Program-made: the position numbers and the translations under genes | Source: Thermoplasmata archaeon | GTDB taxonomy: Archaea > Thermoplasmatota > Thermoplasmata > RBG-16-68-12 > JAFNFQ01 | Assembly: GCA_041489255.1 (NCBI GenBank) | Contig: JBGPQV010000001.1 | Coordinates: forward strand, 192,001 to 256,000 | DNA length: 64,000 nt | Direction of reading: 5' to 3' | Part shown: piece after piece, positions 56,795 through 64,000 of the stretch | How positions within the stretch are numbered: the stretch's first letter is position 1 | Layout: every line of letters starts with the position of its first letter | Notes under the pieces: generated by a model | What the model saw: the letters and a program-made list of their open reading frames with translations, nothing else | Told to the model about the DNA's origin: nothing | The model's database searches: none

Positions 56795-58167
56795 GGCGGG
56801 GGTGGAGCACGTCGAAGCTCTCGGACATCGTCCCGGCGCCGCTCCTTTCTAGGATACAGCAGGGCGCGCAGTTGCTCGAACGGTCCCGCCGCGCGAGGAT
56901 CCTTTGTCACTATGATCCAGACGGTGCGGCCGCCGCCGCGACGATCGCGAAGACCCTGATAAGGAAGGGCAAGGAGTTCCACATCACACTCAGCTCAGTG
57001 CTGGACGAGGAGCTCCTCTCCAAGTTCAGGGAGGAGGGGAACGACCTGACGATAGTCGCGGACATGGGCAGCGGGCAGCTCGACATGCTCGAGAGGCTCG
57101 ATGGCGGGACGATTGTTCTCGATCATCACAAGCCTCACGGCGATTCTGAGAAGGTCGTCCATGTGAACCCTCACCTTGCCGGCATCGACGGAGTGCGCGA
57201 GGTGTGCGGCGCCAGCATGGCTTGGATCTTCTCCTTGATTGTTGACGAGGCGAACTGGGACCTCGCAGGGATCGCCATGGCGGGAGCGATAGGGGACAGG
57301 CAGCACGTCGACGGCTTCATCGGACTGAACGCCGGACTCTTCAAGGAGGCCGAGGCGCGCAAGGTCCTCGTAAAGGAAAGAATGCTCTCACTTCGCGATA
57401 TGCCTCTCGCCGACGCCTTGTCATGCTCGCTGAGCCCCTATATGGTCGGGCTCACGGGCAGGCGCGAGGCCTGCGTGGATTTCATCAAGTCCCTTGGCCT
57501 GGATCCAGAAGTCTCCCCGCGGAAGCTCCCCGCCAAAGAGAGGAGAACCCTGACCTCGATGCTCGCAATCCGCATGTTAAAGCAGGGGGCCCAGCCCGAG
57601 GCGATGAGGACGCTGGTGGAAGAGAAGTACTGGATTCCTGACAGGGGAATCTACGCAGAGGAGATGAGCGCATTGATAAACAGCTGCTCGAGGCTCGGGC
57701 GGGAAGGGCTCGGCGTCTCCCTCGCCCTTGGAGACGGCGGAGCGCTGAGGGAAGCCGAAGTCCTGCGGGACGACTATTTCAGGCAGATCATAGGCTACCT
57801 GCACGAGCTCGAGAAAGGGATGTTCACGAAGAAGCGCGTCCAGTTCTTCTACTGCCCCGAACCGACCCTGGCGGGAGCAGTGGCCGGCATCGGGATGCAG
57901 TACTACTTCAACGGCGAGATGCCGTCGCTGGGCTTCTCCGTGCTCGAGAAGACGACGAAGGTCTCGTCGAGGGGGAACAGGCAGCTCGTCGCCCGGGGGC
58001 TCGACCTCTCGTCGGCGATGAACGAGGCCGCCGCAGAAGTAGGCGGTCAAGGCGGTGGGCACAACATAGCCTCCGGCGCGACGATCCCAAAGGGCAAGGA
58101 GGAGAAGTTCATCTCCCTCGTGGACGACATCGTCGACCGCCAGCTGAAAGTCAAAGCCGAAGCGTGA
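56752..58167 (+). CDS. DHH/DHHA1 phosphoesterase (archaeal RecJ-like); start uncertain
   Basis: HYDPDG, ADMGSG, LDHH, GAIGD and GGGH..ASGA motifs; follows rps15 as is common in archaea. Confidence 0.88.
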   Translation: MGLQGHAGRDRGKVRRGWSTSKLSDIVPAPLLSRIQQGAQLLERSRRARILCHYDPDGAAAAATIAKTLIRKGKEFHITLSSVLDEELLSKFREEGNDLTIVADMGSGQLDMLERLDGGTIVLDHHKPHGDSEKVVHVNPHLAGIDGVREVCGASMAWIFSLIVDEANWDLAGIAMAGAIGDRQHVDGFIGLNAGLFKEAEARKVLVKERMLSLRDMPLADALSCSLSPYMVGLTGRREACVDFIKSLGLDPEVSPRKLPAKERRTLTSMLAIRMLKQGAQPEAMRTLVEEKYWIPDRGIYAEEMSALINSCSRLGREGLGVSLALGDGGALREAEVLRDDYFRQIIGYLHELEKGMFTKKRVQFFYCPEPTLAGAVAGIGMQYYFNGEMPSLGFSVLEKTTKVSSRGNRQLVARGLDLSSAMNEAAAEVGGQGGGHNIASGATIPKGKEEKFISLVDDIVDRQLKVKAEA

Positions 58168-59137
58168 ATTCGTCGGAAGTGACCTGCCACTGCGCCTCTC
58201 GAGAATAGTAGACCCATGTCCCGAGGAACTCCGCCGCCACTCCTCCCGCCATCCCGCGCTTGTCCGTCGACCAGTCCCAGCCGAAGATCATGCACGAGAT
58301 GTAGTATCTCTCGCCGCCAGCCGCATCGGCGAGGGTGAACGAGGTGCCGATGATTTCCCCCGCCAAAGTCTCCACCCCGAGCACTGCAATGTACCTTCCA
58401 GCCCATGCATCCGGCGTTACCGCCAGGTCGTGGATTGTGACGACCGCGTAGGATTCCGGAATGTCAGCAGGGTGCGGTGCAATCGCGTCATTCTCGCCCG
58501 CCACCTTAATCTCGAACCGCCTTCGCTCCTCGTTGTAGAGCAGCAGACCGAATACATCCACGTTCCCTCGTGCCCCTTTCCTCCCCTGATCATCGACCCA
58601 GAACGAGTCCCCATCAGAGTGTATGAGTGTCTTGTCCCAATCCACCGCGCTCGCGATCTCGGCGACCTCGCCGCCGACAAGGACCTGCATACCATCGAAC
58701 ATCTCCGGATTCGATGCCAACGTGTCCAGCCCCAATCGGTTCTCCTCAGCTCCCGCCAGGAGCTGCACCATCGACGCATCCGATACCGCGATTTCCACCT
58801 CCCCGCCAAACTCCTGAACTTCCCCCGCTACCCTCAGTTTCGCACCCGGGACGATTCTCTCCATGAACTCGATGGATCTGGCGATTTTTCCCGGGAGAAA
58901 GACCGTTATGGCGGCGAAGTCCGAGTAGTCCACGAGTTCGATCTGCAGACCACCGCCACCAACCGCAGAGATCTCCCTCACGTGCCCTTGGGTCCGGACG
59001 AACGACCCCACGTCATCAGACCCTATCTCCCCGATGTTCACAGTCCTGGGGTTCACCGTCCAAGCATAGGCATAGAGGGCGAGTGTGCTCAGCATGCTTG
59101 CCGCCAGCGACAGCGCGAGGAGCTTTCTGCTATCCAC
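58151..59137 (-). CDS. Membrane-anchored OB-fold protein
   Basis: N-terminal hydrophobic helix; IGEI..DDVGSFVRTQGHV and RVAGEVQEFGGEVEI OB-like repeats. Confidence 0.7.
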   Translation of the reverse strand: MDSRKLLALSLAASMLSTLALYAYAWTVNPRTVNIGEIGSDDVGSFVRTQGHVREISAVGGGGLQIELVDYSDFAAITVFLPGKIARSIEFMERIVPGAKLRVAGEVQEFGGEVEIAVSDASMVQLLAGAEENRLGLDTLASNPEMFDGMQVLVGGEVAEIASAVDWDKTLIHSDGDSFWVDDQGRKGARGNVDVFGLLLYNEERRRFEIKVAGENDAIAPHPADIPESYAVVTIHDLAVTPDAWAGRYIAVLGVETLAGEIIGTSFTLADAAGGERYYISCMIFGWDWSTDKRGMAGGVAAEFLGTWVYYSREAQWQVTSDEFTLRL

Positions 59138-59169
59138 GAAGCAACCCGCTGTATGAGACCGGCGAGGGG

Positions 59170-59787
59170 TTACTTACCCTCATAGGTGTCAAGTAGCTTG
59201 CTGACCTGCTTAGTCTCCATGTCCATCTTTATTGTCGGGGCCTCGACCACCTCGAGGTTCCTCTCAAGCAGGGCGAGTTCCTTCTCCTCCAAGGCCTCCG
59301 GGCTGACCGGCAGGATCACTATCGCCTTCCTCTGCATGACGAACTCGTTGACCTGTTCGACGAACATCAGCGTCTGGAGGAAGCCGTTGTTGACCATGAT
59401 GTACTCGAGCCCGTCTATCAGGACGACGGCCTCGCCTCCGGATTCCTCGATGAACTTGCAGATCGCCTTCGTGAGCACCCCGAGCGCGGTCGGATTGTGG
59501 TAGTCGTCCCCGGGCGTGTGGCTGAGCCAGATGACCCTTATGTCCCTCAGGCTGTGCTCGCGCCTCACCCTGTCGGGATACTGGCGGGTGACGCAGAGCG
59601 CGGGGAGCCCAGTCTTGACGAGCGAGCCGAATAGGTAGAACGAGAAATCCGGCTTCTTCTCCTTGACGAGGTGACAGACGCCCCTGGACAGCTCCAGCGG
59701 CGGACCCGCCTCGAAAGGAACGATTTCAGGACTCACTGATACCCCTTCTCTGGGCGCATCCTGCCCTTCTCTGGTGAATCCATCCAC
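59170..59787 (-). CDS. DUF835-domain protein
   Basis: LCVTRQYP, IWLS, VVLIDGLEYIMVNNGF and ALEEKELALLER motifs. Confidence 0.82.
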   Translation of the reverse strand: MDGFTREGQDAPREGVSVSPEIVPFEAGPPLELSRGVCHLVKEKKPDFSFYLFGSLVKTGLPALCVTRQYPDRVRREHSLRDIRVIWLSHTPGDDYHNPTALGVLTKAICKFIEESGGEAVVLIDGLEYIMVNNGFLQTLMFVEQVNEFVMQRKAIVILPVSPEALEEKELALLERNLEVVEAPTIKMDMETKQVSKLLDTYEGK

Positions 59788-59817
59788 CGTCGCGGCTTAA
59801 GGGTTTTGACCTGATTA

Positions 59818-61002
59818 TCACTTGGCGGTCTTTGATTTCCTGCTGCCCAGTATCTCCACCAGCATCCCCTCGAGGGTCTTGGCGGGAATTTCGGGCAGGG
59901 ATATCAGGGTGGTCTTGCCGACGACCCCCTCCCCCGATATCTTCGCGTCAATCAAGCCGAGTGCGTCGAGGTCTCTGAGGTACTTCCAGTACTGCGTGTG
60001 CCCTCTCTGCATCTCCCCGTACTCCTCGCAGACCAGGGCGTAGGCCTCCTCCGCCGCGCCCGTGGATATATAGGCCTTCCTCCTGATCTTGCGTGCAACC
60101 GCCAGGAGGACTATGGCCTTCGATTTGTCCAGCGCCTTCAACCTCTCTTCCATTCCCGTAGGGTGCACCGAGGCCTTGGCCCCCCGGACGTGCTCCGCCG
60201 CGATCTCCTCCAAAGACTCCTCATCTGCCAACAGACCAGCGTTCCAGAGTATCTCGATGGCGTACCTCGCGTCACCGAACTCCGAGGCGATGTCGGAGAT
60301 AAGGTCGAGGACGTCTCCGCCGACGCAGCCGGGGTGGATCGCCAGTTCCGCCCTGATCTGGATTATGTCCCTGAGCTCCTCGCGAGCGTACTTGCCGAAC
60401 TCGACCACGCTCGTCCTCCTGAATGTGCTCAAGGCCGCCTTATCGAGGTGGTCCAGCGCGTCGGTCTTCTGCGAGATGAGGATGAGCGAGATGTGACCCC
60501 GCCCGCCGGAATGCTCCTCCCCGAACCGCGAGAAAGTGTAGATGAGGTTGGAGCCGCTCTTCTTCAGGAGGGCGTCGACCTCGTCGAGGATGATTACGAT
60601 GTTCGTTTTCCTCTTCTCCAGCCAGGTCCTCAGCACATTGAGCTTCTCCGAGATCGAGAAGCCCCTGTCGGGGAATCTCTCGTCGTAGCTCTTGAGGATG
60701 GCCAGCAGTACCGCGTCGTCGCCCATTCTCTGGCGGCAGTTGACGAGCACGCTGTCGAGAGCCCTGTCGCCCTCCTGAGCTTTCTTGATCAACTCGAGAC
60801 AGAACCGCCTGGAAAGGTGCGTCTTCCCCGTACCGACGGCGCCATGGACGAACGCATTGCTCGGAACATTCGCCTCGAGGAGCGGGCGGAACAGCTGGAA
60901 GAGTCTCTGCATCTGCTTCTCCCTGTGCGGCATCTTCTCAGGGAGGTAGTCGAACGATAGCTTCCCCAGATCCTTGAACACCGTGCCGCCCTTCAGGCCC
61001 AT
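59818..61002 (-). CDS. cdc6: Orc1/Cdc6 replication initiator
   Basis: LSFDYLPEKMPHRE, GAVGTGKT, VNC, ILDEVD and GDARYAI motifs; C-terminal winged helix. Confidence 0.93.
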   Translation of the reverse strand: MGLKGGTVFKDLGKLSFDYLPEKMPHREKQMQRLFQLFRPLLEANVPSNAFVHGAVGTGKTHLSRRFCLELIKKAQEGDRALDSVLVNCRQRMGDDAVLLAILKSYDERFPDRGFSISEKLNVLRTWLEKRKTNIVIILDEVDALLKKSGSNLIYTFSRFGEEHSGGRGHISLILISQKTDALDHLDKAALSTFRRTSVVEFGKYAREELRDIIQIRAELAIHPGCVGGDVLDLISDIASEFGDARYAIEILWNAGLLADEESLEEIAAEHVRGAKASVHPTGMEERLKALDKSKAIVLLAVARKIRRKAYISTGAAEEAYALVCEEYGEMQRGHTQYWKYLRDLDALGLIDAKISGEGVVGKTTLISLPEIPAKTLEGMLVEILGSRKSKTAK

Positions 61003-61279
61003 CGACCGCGTATCCCCCCCGTCACGTTTAAACCCTTCTTGCGGGAGGGGTGGAACGAATCTCTCAGCGCTTTCAATGTCCTGTACCATCCCCATTCTGA
61101 CTGCTTGACGGACGGTTTCACGGTCTGGATGACGACGGTGGCGCTGAAGATAGTCAGATGGCTGTTCGTGGCCGAAATGACATTGAGATTCGGCACGTAG
61201 GCGATACTCTGGATTCCGTCGCCTATGTTACGGCTGCTCGCGATGTCTTGAAGCCGCATGACGAACGATGCTGTTTCCG

Positions 61280-61380
61280 AGGCGGGGCCGGGCTTATGAA
61301 CATGTCCGTGCCCATCTCGGACTCGTTCCTCATGGGGATAGTGTCCAGTGAGGATAGGGGGTTGGCCAGCGCGATCATTC
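61280..61380 (+). pseudogene. MFS transporter fragment
   Basis: GLMNMSVPISDSFLMGIVSSEDRGLASAII resembles an MFS TM10-11 segment; no flanking gene body. Confidence 0.45.
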
Positions 61381-61911
61381 CTTCAGTCTCTCTCGGAACT
61401 CCTTGCGGAACTTCCTCACCTTGGGGGAAATCACCGCGATGCAGTAACCACCGTATGGATTCTTCCTGAAGTAGTCCTGGTGATAATCCTCGGCGCGATA
61501 GAAAGCTGCGGAGGGCACCACCTCCGTGACTATCGGGCGGCTCCAAAGGCCATCATTGCTCAGCTCGGCAATCAGGCTCTTCACCACTTTCATTTGATCA
61601 GCGGAATGATAGAATATTGCCGATCGATATTGGGGTCCCAAGTCAGCACCTTGGCGGTTCAGGGTCGTGGAATCGTGGACTTTGAAGAAGACGCGGAGCA
61701 AATCCTCGAACGAAATCGTGGCGGGGTCGAAGACTATCTGCACGGCTTCCGCGTGCCCGGTCGTGCCGGTACAGACCTGCTCGTAGCCGGGGTCCGGGAC
61801 ACGGCCCCCCGAGTAGCCGCACTCGACACTTTGCACGCCCTTCAGCTCCTGGAAAATCGGCTGGAGACACCAGAAGCAGCCACCGGCGAGAGTGGCGGTT
61901 TCAATGGCCAT
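61375..61911 (-). CDS. msrA: Peptide methionine sulfoxide reductase A
   Basis: AGGCFWC, GYSGG, YEQVC.G.TGHAE, QYRSAIF and AEDYHQDY motifs. Confidence 0.95.
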   Translation of the reverse strand: MAIETATLAGGCFWCLQPIFQELKGVQSVECGYSGGRVPDPGYEQVCTGTTGHAEAVQIVFDPATISFEDLLRVFFKVHDSTTLNRQGADLGPQYRSAIFYHSADQMKVVKSLIAELSNDGLWSRPIVTEVVPSAAFYRAEDYHQDYFRKNPYGGYCIAVISPKVRKFRKEFRERLKE

Positions 61912-62032
61912 GGTGTATCCTACGCAATGGCGGTAGTTGGCTTTTTGGGATGAATCGAAAGGATGGCGGCTGGTCGGGGGGGTAAGGGATTGAACGTGGG
62001 AGTGGAGGGAGACGAAACCTGCTCCAGCAGCG

Positions 62033-63286
62033 TTAGCGACCGCCCCGCCATCTTCCTCTGTGCTGGCCCCCGCCCCTTTCACGCCCACGCCCGTGGTATC
62101 CCGGCCCTGGCCCTCCCCGCCCACCGCCCCTCGCCCGCGGCGGCGGTTCAGCCCGGTAATTGAAGTCCGGGAAGGTGATCCGCGGGATGGACTGCCCGAG
62201 TATCTGTTCGATTCCCCGGAAGTCATTCTCCTCCTCCGGCGCGATTAGAGTCATCGCCTCGCCCTCAGCATCCGCCCGGGCCGTGCGCCCGACTCGGTGC
62301 ACGTAGTCAATTGCCACCGTGGGGACGTCGTAGTTGATTACGTGCGTGATGCCGAGTACGTCGATGCCGCGAGCCGCCACGTCAGTCGCGATGAGCACCT
62401 GGTGGCGGCCATCCCGGAACCCGCCGAGCGCCGCCTCCCGCTGGCTCTGACTCCGATCCCCGTGGATCCTCGCCACGGCGAAGCCTGCCTGCTCGACTTG
62501 ACGCGAGACGCGATCCGCGCGGCGCTTCGTCCTGACGAAAACGAGAACGGACAACATGTCCTCCCGACCGAGCAGGCGCACCAGCAGTTGAGTCTTCAGA
62601 TGCTGTGGCACCGGATACGACTCGTGGCGGATCGTGGTGGGCGGGCGATGAGGCGGGGAGACCGAGATGCGGACTGGATTCCGGAGGATGCTCCGAGCAA
62701 GTCCTTCGACCTCGGGGGACATCGTCGCGGAGAACAGCAGGGTCTGGCGGTCCTTCGGGAGCGCACCAATGATGCGCCGAACGTCTGGGAGAAAGCCCAT
62801 ATCGAGCATCCGATCAGCCTCGTCGAGGACGAGAACCTGAAGGTTCCGGAAGTCCACATTGCGGCGCTCCATGTGGTCGAGGAGCCGCCCGGGCGTGGCG
62901 ACGACGACGTCGACCCCGCCGCGAAGCGCATCTTGCTGTGGACCCATTCCAACACCGCCATAGACAGCCTTCCCTCGGACCTTCCCTCCTCGACCAAGGT
63001 CATGCAGCGCCTTATCGATCTGCGCTGCGAGCTCGCGCGTCGGTGTAAGGACGAGCACGCGGGTCTTTCCAGGTGGCTGGCGGTGGAGTCGCTGGAGGAT
63101 CGGCAGAAGAAAGGCAGCCGTCTTCCCGGAACCTGTCTGCGCAGTCCCGATCACATCTCGCCCCGCAAGCAAGACCGGAATCCCTTCGCGTTGGATCGGC
63201 GTCGGAGACTCATAGCCAAGGGCTTGAATGGCTCGAAGCAGGATTGGGTCCAAGCCCAGCTGTTCGAATGTCTTGGGTTGTTCCAT
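62033..63286 (-). CDS. DEAD-box RNA helicase (RhlE-like)
   Basis: PTPIQ, AQTGSGKT, PTRELA, DEAD, SAT and HRVGRTAR motifs; RGG tail. Confidence 0.95.
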   Translation of the reverse strand: MEQPKTFEQLGLDPILLRAIQALGYESPTPIQREGIPVLLAGRDVIGTAQTGSGKTAAFLLPILQRLHRQPPGKTRVLVLTPTRELAAQIDKALHDLGRGGKVRGKAVYGGVGMGPQQDALRGGVDVVVATPGRLLDHMERRNVDFRNLQVLVLDEADRMLDMGFLPDVRRIIGALPKDRQTLLFSATMSPEVEGLARSILRNPVRISVSPPHRPPTTIRHESYPVPQHLKTQLLVRLLGREDMLSVLVFVRTKRRADRVSRQVEQAGFAVARIHGDRSQSQREAALGGFRDGRHQVLIATDVAARGIDVLGITHVINYDVPTVAIDYVHRVGRTARADAEGEAMTLIAPEEENDFRGIEQILGQSIPRITFPDFNYRAEPPPRARGGGRGGPGPGYHGRGRERGGGQHRGRWRGGR

Positions 63287-63339
63287 GCACTCTGTAAGGC
63301 GTTAGGCTCATAAGGATTACTTGACCGCCAGAACGATAG

Positions 63340-63412
63340 TGGACCGGGTGGGATTTGAACCCACGGCCTCTACCATGCCAAGATAGCGATCTTCCAGCTG
63401 ATCTACCGGCCC
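63340..63412 (-). tRNA. tRNA-Ala(GGC)
   Basis: Reverse complement GGGCCGGTAGATCAGCTGGAAGATCG-CTATCTTGGCATGGTAG-AGGCC-GTGGGTTCAAATCCCAC-CCGGTCCA. Confidence 0.95.
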
Positions 63413-63438
63413 GCGGGCGGTTCCTATCATACCAGTCC

Positions 63439-64000
63439 TTAAATACGTTTCTTCGAGGTCTTCTTCCGCGGTCTGGCGAGTTTGGGCGGCTCCTCCGCGA
63501 ACTCCTCCAGCGGCTTCTCGAGCCTGACCCTCTCGCCGGGAATCTTCACGGGATATTCCCCGGTCAAACAGCCGAGGCACAAGTCCTCCCGCGCCTGCCG
63601 CAACGACCTTATCATTCCCTGAATGGAGATGTAACCGAGCGTGTCGGCGGTGATGTACTTGGTAATTTCAGGCACCGTCTTCTTGTTCGCAATGAACTGG
63701 TCCCTCGTCTTCATGTCGATGCCGAGGTAGCATGGTGCCTTGATTGGCGGGCAACCGATCCTCAGATGGATCTCCTTCGCCCCGGCTTCCCTGATGATCT
63801 GCACGATCTTGCGAATCGTGGTGCCTCTGACGATGCTGTCATCCACCAGGACAACCCTCTTGCCCTTGATTGCGGAGCGCACGGGGTTCAGCTTGAGCAG
63901 CACCCCGATTTCCCTCTCCGATTGATCCGGCATGATGAACGTCCGCTCGATGTACCTGTTCTTGATGAGGCCCTCGACAAGCGGCAGGTCGGAGGCCCTG
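63439..64000 (-). CDS. purF: Amidophosphoribosyltransferase, C-terminal part (5' end outside window)
   Basis: KNRYIERTFIMP, VLVDDSIVRGTT, PCYLGIDM and CLGCLTGEYP motifs. Confidence 0.93.
   Translation of the reverse strand, partial: RASDLPLVEGLIKNRYIERTFIMPDQSEREIGVLLKLNPVRSAIKGKRVVLVDDSIVRGTTIRKIVQIIREAGAKEIHLRIGCPPIKAPCYLGIDMKTRDQFIANKKTVPEITKYITADTLGYISIQGMIRSLRQAREDLCLGCLTGEYPVKIPGERVRLEKPLEEFAEEPPKLARPRKKTSKKRI

Noticed and set aside
61003-61280. Replication origin directly upstream of cdc6
   Set aside because: No convincing ORB repeats or AT-rich unwinding element seen

Overview
GC-rich archaeal chromosomal segment. Thermosome, fibrillarin, S15, Orc1/Cdc6, CDC48/VAT and RqcH occur together with DnaK/DnaJ/GrpE and DUF835, which fits Thermoplasmatota (inference). 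The window is mostly housekeeping genes: 3 tRNAs, a 2-oxoacid:ferredoxin oxidoreductase operon followed by an HdrA-MvhD fusion, glmM/glmU/GT4, chaperones, glnA, redox genes, TPR proteins, cdc6 and a partial purF. The main finding is an apparent ~39.4 kb inversion. It has in-frame breakpoints at a short inverted microhomology (tggcgagcg at 3415-3423 on +, tggggagcg at 42827-42819 on -). The inversion has swapped gene ends, giving an HtpX::surface-glycoprotein chimera at the left and an orphan surface-protein N-terminus carrying an HtpX-like tail at the right. Flipping the segment restores a 300-aa HtpX and a 1531-aa signal-peptide surface protein. An ORB-like motif and AT-rich tract lie about 0.6 kb from the inversion midpoint. 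Other notable items are an 11-bp tandem array, a toxin-antitoxin module between two copies of a membrane-anchor sequence, a pterin dehydratase gene split by an inserted gene, a probable CTG start, and a divergent FtsZ. No CRISPR array, rRNA, integrase or transposase was recognised. All calls come from reading motifs by eye; no database searches were run.
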